Assembly: GCA_965200225.1 (NCBI GenBank)
Contig: CBDATM010000001.1
Location: 1,819,860-1,883,859 of the forward strand
DNA length: 64,000 bases
DNA from: Gammaproteobacteria bacterium
GTDB lineage: Bacteria; Pseudomonadota; Gammaproteobacteria; Steroidobacterales; Foliamicaceae
Direction of reading: 5' to 3'
Within the stretch, counting starts at the first letter, position 1, and every line of letters starts with the position of its first letter. Positions 1-9,767 of the stretch are shown piece after piece. Below the pieces are notes generated by a model. That model ran no database searches, had not been told where the DNA came from, and worked only from the letters and a program-made list of their open reading frames with translations. Made by a program: the position numbers and the translations under genes.

Positions 1-1
1 G

Positions 2-106
2 GCCGAACTGGCCAGGGAGTTGTTCGAACGACTGGAGCACCTGGAGGATCTGTCCGGCGTGCAGGACCTGCCGGAATTGCCGATCGAAGGAATTTTCTCC
101 GAATAG
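2..106 (+). CDS. 3' end of unidentified CDS (partial at window edge)
   Basis: Open frame from window start to TAG 104-106 (...LEDLSGVQDLPELPIEGIFSE*); no motif recognised. Confidence 0.3.
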   Translation, partial: AELARELFERLEHLEDLSGVQDLPELPIEGIFSE

Positions 107-164
107 AGGAAAGCCAATTGCCTGAGAGTGCGCTCGAAATCGCTAAGGTACTGCTGCAGTCAGG

Positions 165-1448
165 TCAGCCCTTTGCCAGCAATTCTTCCAGCACGCTGGC
201 CGCGGCGAGCAGGCCCATATCGGCGAACCGCGCGCCCACGAATTGCACGCCCACGGGCAGGCCGGCAGCGCCCTTCAGACCCGGAATCGTGGCGCAGGGA
301 AGGTGCAGCGCCGTGAACAGGCGGTTGAACGTGGCCTCGCCGTTGCCGTCCTTGCGCGGGACGGCTTCGCCGGGCACCGAAGCGGTCAGCCATGCGTCGT
401 AATCCGCCAGGCGCCGGTCGAACGCGGGACGCAAGCCGGCGATGCCGTCGTAGGCCTCGGCCATGGCCCGCGGGGTGATCTCGCGGTTGATTTCAACCTC
501 CTCGATGATGTCTTCGTGCAGCCCCATCTTTCCGGCGCCGTAGTCTGCCAGAAGCGAAATCCGGGCCTCGCCGTGCATGATCACGTCCTGCCATTCGTTC
601 AGGTTTTCCGCTGCCGGGACCCCTTCCACTTCCTCCACGCGGTGTCCGGCGGCAGCCAGCCGGTGGGCGGCGCTCTCTACTGCAGCGCGGCTGGCCGGCT
701 CGGCGTCGGCCCAGTAGGGCGTGCGATAGAGCCCGATCTTCAGGCGGCGCTCGGCCTGGGGCGCTTGCCACTCGCCCAGTTTCAGAATTTCGGCGGCGCG
801 CGCCAGCAGTTCCACCTCCTCGGCCATCCAGCCCACCGTGTCCAGGCTGGGCGCGTGCAGCCACAGGCCCTGCACCGGCACCCGGCCGTAGGTTGGCTTG
901 AAGCCCGCCACGCCGCAGAACGACGATGGCCGGATGACCGAGCCGCCGGTTTGCGTGCCCAACGCCATGGGCGCCATGCCGGTGGCCACGGCGGCGCCGG
1001 AACCGGCGGACGAGCCGCCGGGGGTGCGGTCGGGACCGTGCGGATTGGTGGTGGGCGGATCGCGCCCGATGCCGGCGAACTCCACGGTGGCTGCCTTGCC
1101 CAGCAGCACGCAGCCGGCCTGCCGAAGCATCCGCACGCAGGCGGCGTCCTGCTCCGCTCTGCGCCCCTCGTAGCGCGGCGAATTGCGTTGCGTGGGCAGG
1201 TCCACGGTGTCGATCACGTCCTTGACCGCGAACGGCAGCCCGTGAAGCGCGCTGCGCGGGCCGCGCAGTTTGCGCTCCCGGTCTCGCGCTCGCGCCTCGC
1301 CCAGGGCCCGTTCCGCATCGAACGCCGCGAATGCTTGCACTACCTTCTCGCGCTTCTCGAAGCGTTCGATGCAGTGCTCTACGGCCTGCTCGCTCGAAAG
1401 CTCGCCGCGCGCCAGGCGTCGCCACAGTGCTTCTGCTTCAACCGGCAT
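165..1448 (-). CDS. amidase-signature family amidase
   Basis: ORF 165..1643 trimmed to ATG 1448 (MPVEAEALW...); amidase signature GGSSAGSGAAV...GTQTGGSVIRPS. Confidence 0.85.
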   Translation of the reverse strand: MPVEAEALWRRLARGELSSEQAVEHCIERFEKREKVVQAFAAFDAERALGEARARDRERKLRGPRSALHGLPFAVKDVIDTVDLPTQRNSPRYEGRRAEQDAACVRMLRQAGCVLLGKAATVEFAGIGRDPPTTNPHGPDRTPGGSSAGSGAAVATGMAPMALGTQTGGSVIRPSSFCGVAGFKPTYGRVPVQGLWLHAPSLDTVGWMAEEVELLARAAEILKLGEWQAPQAERRLKIGLYRTPYWADAEPASRAAVESAAHRLAAAGHRVEEVEGVPAAENLNEWQDVIMHGEARISLLADYGAGKMGLHEDIIEEVEINREITPRAMAEAYDGIAGLRPAFDRRLADYDAWLTASVPGEAVPRKDGNGEATFNRLFTALHLPCATIPGLKGAAGLPVGVQFVGARFADMGLLAAASVLEELLAKG

Positions 1449-1735
1449 ATTTCGGGCGGTTACGGGGGAAGTATGCAGGGCAGGGGTGTTTGTCAAAAGG
1501 GGATGCTCCTGACTCTCGGAGTGGCCCAGTCTACTCAACCCTGCCGCAATCGTGGGATGCAAGGCGTGCTTCCAACGGTCCTGCAGTGACCGGCCGGGAA
1601 CCGCCGCTGATCGTCCTGCATGCGGCCTTGGCGTTGACCTCAATCATGCTTGATGCGCCCTGAATACGGCCGCGATTGTCGAAAGCCGTTAGCGCCGGTT
1701 AGCATTACCCCATGAATCGATCCGGTTACCGCACC

Positions 1736-1896
1736 AGCCTGTTGCCTGAGAGCCGTCTCTTCCCCGTCCTCTCGCAGGGGACGCATGAACCCGTCCCTGG
1801 GACTCGGCAACGGCGTGTGCGCCAGGCAATTGGCCCACACTGCCGTTGACGCCCCTGCGAGAGGAGGGGGAAGAAACGGCTCTCAGGCAACAGGCT
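1736..1896. repeat. long palindromic (hairpin) intergenic element, copy 1
   Basis: 45-nt arms 1736-1780 and 1852-1896 complementary at 43/45; inner core starts ggggacgcatgaacccgtccctggg, shared with copies at 6362, 15545 and 15705. Confidence 0.85.
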
Positions 1897-1942
1897 AACG
1901 AGAGTTTTGGAAGAAGAGTTTTATTCAGGGGGCTTCTGAGCT

Positions 1943-2524
1943 TTGGAAATCAAGGGAGAACAGGGATTTGCGCATCCCCGCGAAGTAGTCTGGAAAGCGC
2001 TGATCGATCCTGAGGTGCTTGCTGCTTGCGTGCCTGGCTGCAATTCCTTCGACCGAGTCGGCGAAAACCACTATCAGGCCCAGATGAAGGCCGACATCGG
2101 CCCGGTGAGCGCCGGTTTCTCGGTGGAAATACGCATCGTTGATCCGGATCCGCCGAACAGTTATCGCCTGGAAGGCAACGCCAGGTCGCCGATCGGGTTC
2201 GGACGCGGAATGGCGGATGTGCGCCTTGCCGAGGACGGAGCAAGCGGCACGATACTCAACTATAAGGCGAGCCTGCAGCTCGGCGGCAAGCTGGCGCAGG
2301 TGGGCGCGCGTCTGTTGTCCGGCGTTACGCACAAGATCGCCGCGTATTTCTTCAAGCGCCTCGCCGATGTCCTGGAGGGCAGGCGTTCGTTGGCAGCGCC
2401 CCCCGGGACCTTGAAGTACTGGCTCTCACGGCCTGTCGTGCGGTGGGCAATCCTGGGCGCGGTGCTGGCGGCAGTGCTGGCGGTCGCGGCAATAGCCGCC
2501 TACCTGTTGTTGAGAGGGATCTGA
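1943..2524 (+). CDS. coxG: CoxG-like SRPBCC protein (CO dehydrogenase subunit G family)
   Basis: TTG start; MEIKGEQGFAHPREVVWKALIDPEVLAACVPGC... typical CoxG; C-terminal hydrophobic helix. Confidence 0.8.
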   Translation: MEIKGEQGFAHPREVVWKALIDPEVLAACVPGCNSFDRVGENHYQAQMKADIGPVSAGFSVEIRIVDPDPPNSYRLEGNARSPIGFGRGMADVRLAEDGASGTILNYKASLQLGGKLAQVGARLLSGVTHKIAAYFFKRLADVLEGRRSLAAPPGTLKYWLSRPVVRWAILGAVLAAVLAVAAIAAYLLLRGI

Positions 2525-2627
2525 CCTCCAGGCGAGGCGCGCTCCCTGCAAGCGGCGGAAGGCGGTATGATCGGCCCTAAGGCTGGCCTTTGCCGGCATT
2601 GATCAACAATAAAGGGGGAGTGCGGGA

Positions 2628-3107
2628 ATGGACGTTCAGGTTTCGTTCACGCTTAACGGCAAGAGTGTCAGCGCCGCCGCCAGCGGCGCTACCCTGCTGG
2701 TGGATCTGCTTCGCAATCATTTCGGCTTGACGGGCACCCATGTGGGTTGCGACACCAGTCAATGCGGCGCCTGCGTGGTTCACGTTGACGGCGTTTCGGT
2801 GAAGAGCTGCACCCTGCTGGCGGCGCAGGTCGACGGCCGCGAGGTGGGCACGATCGAGGGGCTGTCGCAAAACGGCGAGTTGCATCCCATGCAGCAGGCC
2901 TTTCACGAGCACCACGCTCTGCAATGCGGCTTTTGCACGCCCGGCATGATCATGAGCGCGGCGGACCTGCTGAAACGCAATGCGAGGCCCAGCGAAGCCG
3001 AGGTGCGCGACTGGCTGGAAGGCAACATGTGCCGCTGCACCGGATATCACAACATCGTCAAGGCGGTGCGCGCTGCCGCCGCTGCCATGGGAGAGGACGG
3101 ATCGTGA
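2628..3107 (+). CDS. coxS: (2Fe-2S)-binding small subunit of molybdo-hydroxylase (CoxS family)
   Basis: RBS agggggag; Cys clusters [12 protein letters not shown] and CGFCTPG...CRCTGY. Confidence 0.9.
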   Translation: MDVQVSFTLNGKSVSAAASGATLLVDLLRNHFGLTGTHVGCDTSQCGACVVHVDGVSVKSCTLLAAQVDGREVGTIEGLSQNGELHPMQQAFHEHHALQCGFCTPGMIMSAADLLKRNARPSEAEVRDWLEGNMCRCTGYHNIVKAVRAAAAAMGEDGS

Positions 3108-5500
3108 GCGGAAACATGGGTATCGGCGCATCGGCGCCGCGCAGCGAAGACCGCCGCTTCATTACCGGCGGGGGTCGGTACGTGGACGACATCAATCTGC
3201 GCTCGCAGCAATACGCCTGGTTTGTGCGTTCGCCCCATCCGCACGCCGAAGTGCGGAGCATCGACGCCGAAGAGGCGCTCAAGATGCCGGGTGTTGCCGC
3301 CGTGCTGACCGGCGCGGACCTTCAGGCCGACGGCATCGGCTCGCTGCCCGTGGCCTGGGGCATCACCAGCGTGGACGGATCGCCCGCCGTGGAGCCCGAG
3401 TACCCGGCGCTGGCTACCGACCGCGTGCGCTACGTCGGCAACCCGGTGGCGGTAGTCATTGCCGATACGCGCGCGGCGGCGCGCAACGCTGCGGAGATGG
3501 TGAACGTCCATTACGAGGAACTCGATTCGGTGGCCAGCGCGGCCGCCGCGATGGAAGAGGGCGCCCCGCAGATTCACGAAGCCGCCGAAGGCAACCTCTG
3601 CTTCGACTGGGAATGGCTGCCGTCGGCCATGGCGCCGGACGCCCGGGCCAATACCGACAAGGCCTTCCAGGAAGCCGCGCATGTGGTGTCGCTGGAGTTG
3701 GTCAACAACCGGCTGGTGCCGAACGCCATGGAGCCGCGCGCATCGCTGGCCGACTTCAATCCCGTCACCGGCCAACTGACCTTGTACACCACCAGCCAGA
3801 ACCCGCATGTGAACCGGCTGCTGCTGTGCACGGCGACGCTGAAGATGCCCGAGCACAAGGTGCGCGTGGTGGCGCCCGACGTGGGCGGCGGCTTCGGGTC
3901 GAAGATCTTCCACTACGCCGAGGAAGTGGTGGTGTGCTGGGCTTCGCGCCGCCTGGGCGTGCCGGTGAAGTGGACAGCCGAGCGCAGCGAGTCGTTTCTC
4001 GCTGACGCGCAGGGCCGCGACCACCTTACCCGCGTGGAACTGGCGCTGGACGCCGAAGCCCGGTTCACCGGCTTGAGGGTGGAAACCATCGCCAACCTGG
4101 GCGGCTGGCTGTCGTCCTTCGGAACAGCCATACCCACGGTGTTCTACGCCCCGCTGCTGGCCGGCGTGTACAAGACGCCCAATATCTACGTAACGGTGAA
4201 AGGCGTGTTCACCAACACCACGCCCACCGACGCCTATCGCGGCGCCGGAAGGCCCGAGGCCTGCTACCTGATCGAGCGCATCGTGGACGAGGCCGCGGTG
4301 CAGCTGGGCATGGACCCGGCGGAGATCCGCTGGCGCAATTTCATTCACCCGGACGAATTTCCCTATCAGTCGCCGGTTGGGCAGCTTTATGACTCGGGCG
4401 ATTTCGCGGGCTGCCTGGATCTCGCCATGGAGATGAACGGCTACGCCAGTTTCGACGAGCGCCGCAAGCATAGCGAGGCGCGCGGGCGTGTGCGCGGACG
4501 GGGAATGAGCTTCTATATCGAGGCCTGCGGGGCGGCGCCGTCCCAGGCGGCCGGGCAACTGGGCGCCCGCGCCGGTCTCTACGAGGTCGCCACGGTGCGC
4601 GTGCACCCTACCGGCGCCGTGCAGGTCATGACCGGCTCGCACAGCCATGGGCAGAGCCACGAGACCACATTCGCGCAGATTGTGGCCGACCGCCTGGGGG
4701 TGGACTTCGGCAACGTGGAGGTGGTCCACGGCGACACCGGCGAGGTTCCTTTCGGAATGGGCACCTATGGCTCGCGCTCGTTGGCCGTGGGCGGCAGCGC
4801 GCTGGTCAAGGCGCTGGACAAGGTCGTGGAGAAAAGCCGCAAGATCGCCGCGCACCTTCTGGAAGCGGCGGCCGACGACATCGAGTTCAGCGATGGACAG
4901 TTCCGGGTGGCGGGGACCGACCGGCAGGTTGCCTTCGGCGACGTGGCGCTGGCAGCCTACGTGCCGCACAACTATCCGCTGCAGGAACTGGAGCCCGGGC
5001 TGGAGGAAACCTCTTTCTTCGATCCGGAGAACTTCACTTTTCCCTCGGGCTGTTACATCTGCGAGGTGGAAGTGGACCCCGATACCGGCGAAGCGGAGAT
5101 TCGGGACTTTGTGGCGGCCGACGATTTCGGCAACGTCATCAACCCCATGGTGGTGGAGGGGCAGGTGCATGGCGGTCTGGCGCAAGGCATCGGTCAGGCC
5201 CTGATGGAGCACTGCCGCTACACGCCCGAGGGCCAGTTGCTTACCGGTTCGTATATGGACTATTGCATGCCGCGCGCCGATGACCTGCCGTACTTCAGGG
5301 TGGCGACGCGCTGCACCCCCACGCCGTTCAATCCGCTGGGAGTGAAAGGTTGCGGCGAGGCCGGCGCCATCGGGGCGCCGCCGGCGGTGATTAACGCCGT
5401 GCTGGATGCGCTGCGCCCGATGGGCGTGAAGCACATCGACATGCCGGCCACGCCGAATGCCGTGTGGCAGGCCATTCAGGCCGCCCGGTCCAGCGAGTAG
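3104..5500 (+). CDS. coxL: molybdopterin-binding large subunit, form II CoxL-like
   Basis: GTG 3104 overlaps coxS stop (GTGA), alternative ATG 3116; active-site loop reads AYRGAGR (form II), not VAYRCSFR. Confidence 0.9.
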   Translation: MSGNMGIGASAPRSEDRRFITGGGRYVDDINLRSQQYAWFVRSPHPHAEVRSIDAEEALKMPGVAAVLTGADLQADGIGSLPVAWGITSVDGSPAVEPEYPALATDRVRYVGNPVAVVIADTRAAARNAAEMVNVHYEELDSVASAAAAMEEGAPQIHEAAEGNLCFDWEWLPSAMAPDARANTDKAFQEAAHVVSLELVNNRLVPNAMEPRASLADFNPVTGQLTLYTTSQNPHVNRLLLCTATLKMPEHKVRVVAPDVGGGFGSKIFHYAEEVVVCWASRRLGVPVKWTAERSESFLADAQGRDHLTRVELALDAEARFTGLRVETIANLGGWLSSFGTAIPTVFYAPLLAGVYKTPNIYVTVKGVFTNTTPTDAYRGAGRPEACYLIERIVDEAAVQLGMDPAEIRWRNFIHPDEFPYQSPVGQLYDSGDFAGCLDLAMEMNGYASFDERRKHSEARGRVRGRGMSFYIEACGAAPSQAAGQLGARAGLYEVATVRVHPTGAVQVMTGSHSHGQSHETTFAQIVADRLGVDFGNVEVVHGDTGEVPFGMGTYGSRSLAVGGSALVKALDKVVEKSRKIAAHLLEAAADDIEFSDGQFRVAGTDRQVAFGDVALAAYVPHNYPLQELEPGLEETSFFDPENFTFPSGCYICEVEVDPDTGEAEIRDFVAADDFGNVINPMVVEGQVHGGLAQGIGQALMEHCRYTPEGQLLTGSYMDYCMPRADDLPYFRVATRCTPTPFNPLGVKGCGEAGAIGAPPAVINAVLDALRPMGVKHIDMPATPNAVWQAIQAARSSE

Positions 5501-5515
5501 AGGAGGGTCCATCCA

Positions 5516-6313
5516 ATGCGTGAATTCGACTATTACCGCGCCGGCTCCATTCGCGACGCGGCCAAGAGGCTTTCCGCCGGCAGGAACTCGATGTTGCTGG
5601 CCGGGGGCATGACGCTGCTGCCGGCGCTGAAGATGCGCTTGAACGAACCTTCGGAGCTGATTGATCTCGCCGGCATCCACGAACTCAAGGGCATAAGGCT
5701 GAGCCGCAAGGGGGCGCATGTGGGCGCCACCACCACGCACGCGGAGGTGTCCGGCAACGTGGAATTGCGCGCCGCGATTCCGGTGCTTTCGCAGGCCGCG
5801 GAATCCATCGGCGATCCGCAGGTGCGCAACCGCGGCACGCTGGGCGGCTCGCTGGCCAACAACGACCCCGCGGCGGACTATCCGGCGGTGGCGCTGGGCC
5901 TGGGTGCGACCGTGATTACCAACAAGCGGAAGATTTCCGCCAAGGACTTCTTTGTCGGGATGTTCGAAACGGCGCTGCGCCGCGGCGAAGTGGTCACCGA
6001 AGTATTGTTCCCGCTCCCGCAGCGGGCGGCCTACGCGAAATTCCCCAACCCGGCCACGCGCTACGCGCTGGTGGGCGTGTGCGTGGCGCAGTTCAAATCG
6101 GGCGTGCGGGTTGCGGTGACTGGCGCGGGGCCTTCGGCGTTCCGTTTGACGAACTTCGAACGGGCGCTTGAGGGCAATTTTTCGCCGGGCGCGCTCGAAG
6201 GGCTTTCGGCCTCCGCCGCCAACATGAACGACGACATGCACGCCAGCGCCGAGTACCGTGCCCACCTGGTCGGCGTAATGACCCGGCGCGCCGTGCGCAT
6301 GGCCCGCGACTGA
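5516..6313 (+). CDS. coxM: FAD-binding medium subunit (CoxM family)
   Basis: MREFDYYRAGSIRDA...LLAGGMTLLPALK; follows coxL by 15 nt. Confidence 0.9.
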   Translation: MREFDYYRAGSIRDAAKRLSAGRNSMLLAGGMTLLPALKMRLNEPSELIDLAGIHELKGIRLSRKGAHVGATTTHAEVSGNVELRAAIPVLSQAAESIGDPQVRNRGTLGGSLANNDPAADYPAVALGLGATVITNKRKISAKDFFVGMFETALRRGEVVTEVLFPLPQRAAYAKFPNPATRYALVGVCVAQFKSGVRVAVTGAGPSAFRLTNFERALEGNFSPGALEGLSASAANMNDDMHASAEYRAHLVGVMTRRAVRMARD

Positions 6314-6339
6314 GCAGGCCGGCCCGCGCCCGGTGCGCT

Positions 6340-6412
6340 TGTTGCCGCATCCCCTCCTGCCGGGAGACGCATGAACCCGTCGATGGGGCTTGGCGGCGAT
6401 GTGAGCGCCGCG
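6340..6412. repeat. half copy of the hairpin element (left arm plus core, right arm missing)
   Basis: cccctcctgccgggagacgcatgaacccgtcgatggggcttggcggc matches core and left arm of copies 1 and 3; no complementary right arm. Confidence 0.55.
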
Positions 6413-6415
6413 ACC

Positions 6416-7309
6416 ATGCGTTGCCTGCCTGAATCCGTGGAGCAGGCGCGCGATCTGCTCGCCAGCCAGGACTACATCGCCGGCCATCGCCTTGCCGCGG
6501 CCGCCTTTCTCGCGTTACGCCTCAAGCGCCCGTTGTTTCTCGAAGGCGAGGCCGGCGTTGGCAAGACCGAGCTGGCGCGCTCGCTCGCCGCCGCGCTGGG
6601 CCGGCGCCTGATCCGTCTGCAGTGCCACGAGGGCCTGGATCTGGCAGGCGCCGCCTACGAATGGAACCATGCCCGCCAGATTCTGGCCATCCGTCTGGCC
6701 GAAGCCGGAGGGCGCGAGAGCGTGAAGGACTTGTCCCGGGACCTTTATTCGCGGAAGTTCCTGATCCAACGTCCGCTGCTTGAAGCGCTGGCCGCCGGCG
6801 AGGAGGGGCCGCCGGTATTGCTGGTGGACGAGCTGGACCGTGCGGACGAACCTTTCGAGGCCTATCTGCTGGAGTTTCTCGCCGATTACCGCATGAGCAT
6901 TCCGGAACTCGGCGAAATCGAAGCTGCCGAGCCCCCCATCGTGATTCTGACTTCCAACCGCACGCGCGAGGTCCACGACGCCCTCAAGCGCCGCTGCCTG
7001 TACTGCTGGGTGGATTACCCCAATCAGGCCGCCGAAGAGCGGATTCTGGCCGCGCGCGTCCCCGGGCTTCCCGAGGCGCTGCGCGCGAAGGTGGCCGGTT
7101 TCGTTCAGGCGCTGCGCAAGGAAGGCCTGTTCAAGGCTCCGGGCGTGTCCGAAACCCTGGATTGGGCCGAAGCGCTGATGGCCATGGGCGCCCGTGATGT
7201 GGATGCCGGGTCGGTTGCGGAGACGCTGGGCGCATTGCTGAAGTACCAGGAGGATCTGGGCGCGGTGGACGACAGCATGGTGGAGCGCCTCCTTGCCACC
7301 TCCGCCTGA
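6416..7309 (+). CDS. coxD: MoxR-type AAA+ ATPase (CoxD-like)
   Basis: Walker A GEAGVGKT, Walker B LLVDELD; start set at ATG 6416 because the upstream ATG 6371 lies inside the repeat element. Confidence 0.85.
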   Translation: MRCLPESVEQARDLLASQDYIAGHRLAAAAFLALRLKRPLFLEGEAGVGKTELARSLAAALGRRLIRLQCHEGLDLAGAAYEWNHARQILAIRLAEAGGRESVKDLSRDLYSRKFLIQRPLLEALAAGEEGPPVLLVDELDRADEPFEAYLLEFLADYRMSIPELGEIEAAEPPIVILTSNRTREVHDALKRRCLYCWVDYPNQAAEERILAARVPGLPEALRAKVAGFVQALRKEGLFKAPGVSETLDWAEALMAMGARDVDAGSVAETLGALLKYQEDLGAVDDSMVERLLATSA

Positions 7310-7319
7310 CCTCACCGGA

Positions 7320-8453
7320 ATGGGATTGGCCGCGCGCATCGTGAGTTTCGTGCGGACGCTGCGGGCCGCCGGGGTGCCGCTGGGCGTCGGCCGCAGCGCG
7401 CTGGCGCTGAAGGCCGTCGAACGCATTGACGTGGGGAAGCGCGCCGAGTTCGCCGGCGCGCTACGCTGCGTGCTTACCGCCAGCCCCGCCGAGGGCGTGC
7501 TGTTCGACTGCGCGTTTCCGATGTTCTTCGGAAATCGCGACGCCTTTGCGCGCCTGGGTGAATTGCAGGCGCTGGGCCTGCGCGCTCTGGGAGAGACCAA
7601 ACCGCCGCCCGGCACCTTGCGCCTGCTGCGCGCCATGGACAGCCGCTCGCAGCTCATGGCCGCGCCAGGAGCGCAGCGGACCGTGGTGGGCGCCGGCTAC
7701 TCGCCGCAGGAATCGCTTGCGGCCAAGGATTTCGCGCAGATGACGCCCGAAGAACAGTCCGAAGCGAAGGAACTGCTGCGCCGCGGCGTGTTTTGCCCCA
7801 GGCGTCCGGGGAGACGTTTCAGGCCCGCCGCCCGAGGGCCGCGCGTCGATTTTCAGGCCACCTTACGCTGCGGCCTGTCAGCCGGCGGCGAACTAATGAC
7901 TTTGCGCCGCAAAGCGCGCCGCCCCGAGCCCCTGGCGCTGGTTCTGCTGTTCGATGTGTCCGGCTCCATGACTTCGTACGCGCGCATGGCCCTTCATTTC
8001 GCCCATGCGCTGTGCAACGCGCGGCACACGGTGGAAGCATTCGTGTTCGCCACCCGGCTTACCCGCGTGACCCGCGAACTGCGCGGCCGGGACGGCGACG
8101 TGGCCACCGCCGCAGCGCTGAAAGCAGCGCCCGACTGGGAAGGTGGCACGCGCATCGCCTCCGCGCTGGCCGAGTTCAACCGACTCTGGTCGCGCCGCGT
8201 GCTGGCTCGCCCGGGCGTGGTGCTGCTGTTCAGCGACGGTCTGGAGCGCGCCCAGGTTGAGGAACTGCGCTCCGAGGCCGCACGGCTGCGCCGATCATGC
8301 AGGCGCCTGCTTTGGCTCAACCCGCTGCTGGGCTACGAAGGCTTCGAACCGCGCGCCCGCGGCGTCCAGGCCCTGCTGCCCGCGGTCCACGAACACCGCT
8401 CGGCTCATAACGTCGATAGCTTGCTCGGTCTGGCGGGCGCCCTGGAAACTTGA
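7320..8453 (+). CDS. coxE: VWA-domain protein (CoxE-like)
   Basis: MIDAS-like LLFDVSGSM; start ATG 7320 or TTG 7293; follows coxD. Confidence 0.8.
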   Translation: MGLAARIVSFVRTLRAAGVPLGVGRSALALKAVERIDVGKRAEFAGALRCVLTASPAEGVLFDCAFPMFFGNRDAFARLGELQALGLRALGETKPPPGTLRLLRAMDSRSQLMAAPGAQRTVVGAGYSPQESLAAKDFAQMTPEEQSEAKELLRRGVFCPRRPGRRFRPAARGPRVDFQATLRCGLSAGGELMTLRRKARRPEPLALVLLFDVSGSMTSYARMALHFAHALCNARHTVEAFVFATRLTRVTRELRGRDGDVATAAALKAAPDWEGGTRIASALAEFNRLWSRRVLARPGVVLLFSDGLERAQVEELRSEAARLRRSCRRLLWLNPLLGYEGFEPRARGVQALLPAVHEHRSAHNVDSLLGLAGALET

Positions 8454-8496
8454 TACATTCGGCGCAGGCAGCGGCCTTGCAACGGAGAGGCTGAGA

Positions 8497-9375
8497 ATGG
8501 CGAGCATGTTCGAGTGCATGGATACCAACGCTGCGCCGTGGGAGGACAACCCGGGCATTCCGGGTTTCAAGCGTCGGCTTCTGTTTCTTGACGAAGCGAA
8601 GAGGACCGAGGTCCGAATGGACTACGTGCCGTCGGGGATCGTGCCTGGCGAACTTGAACTGCCGCACCGGCATTATCACAACTCGGTCACCGAGCGCGCC
8701 TACACGCTGTTCGGCGACTTTCCTCACTGGGAGTTTTCTTCGCCCGAGGACCGGGAAGGGGAACTGATCGTCTTCCGCCGCCACCTGTTCATGGACCGGC
8801 CGCCGAAGAGCATCCACGGCCTTTTGCCCGAGCCGGTTTCGGAGACGGGGGCGGTGATCCTGTACTGGAACACGGGGCCGGGCACGGGTGTGGCCGAGCC
8901 GGAAGCGCCGCGGGAAACGGTTACGGTTCCTTTCAACGACAGCACCGATTTCGTTCGCGCCGATTTCGACAGCGACGATTTCGCCCGCGTCGATTTCTCC
9001 GCCGCCCGGATATTCGACAGCGGCGACGTGGTCTGGCGGGCGCATCCGCATGCGGCGGGCTGGAAGTTCAAACCGCTGGCCGAGGCTGTGGAGCGCTCCG
9101 GCGCCGTGTGCCTGGTTCACATCCCGGCGGACTGGGCCGGGCCGGAACGCCCTTCCGGGATCAGTGGGGGCGAAACGCCGCCCTGGCTGTTCGTGGTTTC
9201 CGGCGACATTCGCCTTCAGATTTCGGGGAACGGCGCGCAAAACGACCTCCATTTGCAGGAGGGCGCGTTTCTGCTGTGGCGTAGCGGCGCGGAAATGCGC
9301 TTGCCGGATGGGCCCGTCAGCGACGGCGGATGCGTGGCGCTGTGCATAGGCCACGACCTCGCCCAGGTCGGCTAA
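8497..9375 (+). CDS. hypothetical protein, cupin-like
   Basis: RBS ggagagg 7 nt upstream of ATG 8497; HRHYHNSVTERAYTLFG resembles cupin motif 1; contains 15-bp x4 in-frame repeat. Confidence 0.55.
   Translation: MASMFECMDTNAAPWEDNPGIPGFKRRLLFLDEAKRTEVRMDYVPSGIVPGELELPHRHYHNSVTERAYTLFGDFPHWEFSSPEDREGELIVFRRHLFMDRPPKSIHGLLPEPVSETGAVILYWNTGPGTGVAEPEAPRETVTVPFNDSTDFVRADFDSDDFARVDFSAARIFDSGDVVWRAHPHAAGWKFKPLAEAVERSGAVCLVHIPADWAGPERPSGISGGETPPWLFVVSGDIRLQISGNGAQNDLHLQEGAFLLWRSGAEMRLPDGPVSDGGCVALCIGHDLAQVG
8947..9006 (+). repeat. in-frame 15-bp x4 tandem repeat (DFVRA DFDSD DFARV DFSAA)
   Basis: gatttcgttcgcgcc/gatttcgacagcgac/gatttcgcccgcgtc/gatttctccgccgcc read directly. Confidence 0.8.
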
Positions 9376-9427
9376 GCTTGGGCTTAGGCAGCAGTCGCGA
9401 TGAGCGCACTGGCGAAGGCGCAGGGCT

Positions 9428-9767
9428 TCAGCGATCAGCGCTCAGGCCGAGTTGGGCCAGCGCATCTTCCCGTGAATCCTGAACTTCTATGATCGTGTCG
9501 AACCCGCCAATCCGAAATATTTCTCCCACAAGTTCCGACAGCGAACACGCAATGAACCGGACCTCGTGCTCCGCGAGCAACTTGGCGACGATCAGCAGCG
9601 AGCGCAGCCCCGTGCTGCTGATATAGCGCAGGCCGCTCATGTCCAGGATGATCGCAGCGTCGTCATCGTCAATGGCGGTCGTCAAGGCGCGATGAAAATC
9701 CGGACCATTCGTGCTGTCGATCCGGCCTGTATTGCGAAAAGACTCTGACCCCCTGGCTCGTGATCAA
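9428..9767 (-). pseudogene. STAS-domain protein (anti-sigma-factor antagonist type) with apparent +1 frameshift
   Basis: Downstream frame gives ...GRIDSTNGPDFHRALTTAIDDDDAAIILDMSGLRYISSTGLRSLL...; N-terminus MITSQGVRVF is in another frame starting at TTG 9767; frames join at A4 run 9737-9740; length 340 nt is not a multiple of 3. Confidence 0.6.

Noticed and set aside
3047-6487. 1146-aa ORF on the minus strand opposite coxL/coxM
   Set aside because: It is antisense to genes with clear family motifs. The product is Arg/Gly/His-rich and low in complexity, with no motif. This is a typical shadow ORF of GC-rich DNA.
6416-8453. MoxR AAA+ plus VWA pair as a stand-alone conflict/defence-type module
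   Set aside because: The pair sits directly downstream of coxG-S-L-M in the standard CoxD/CoxE position. The maturation role is the simpler explanation.
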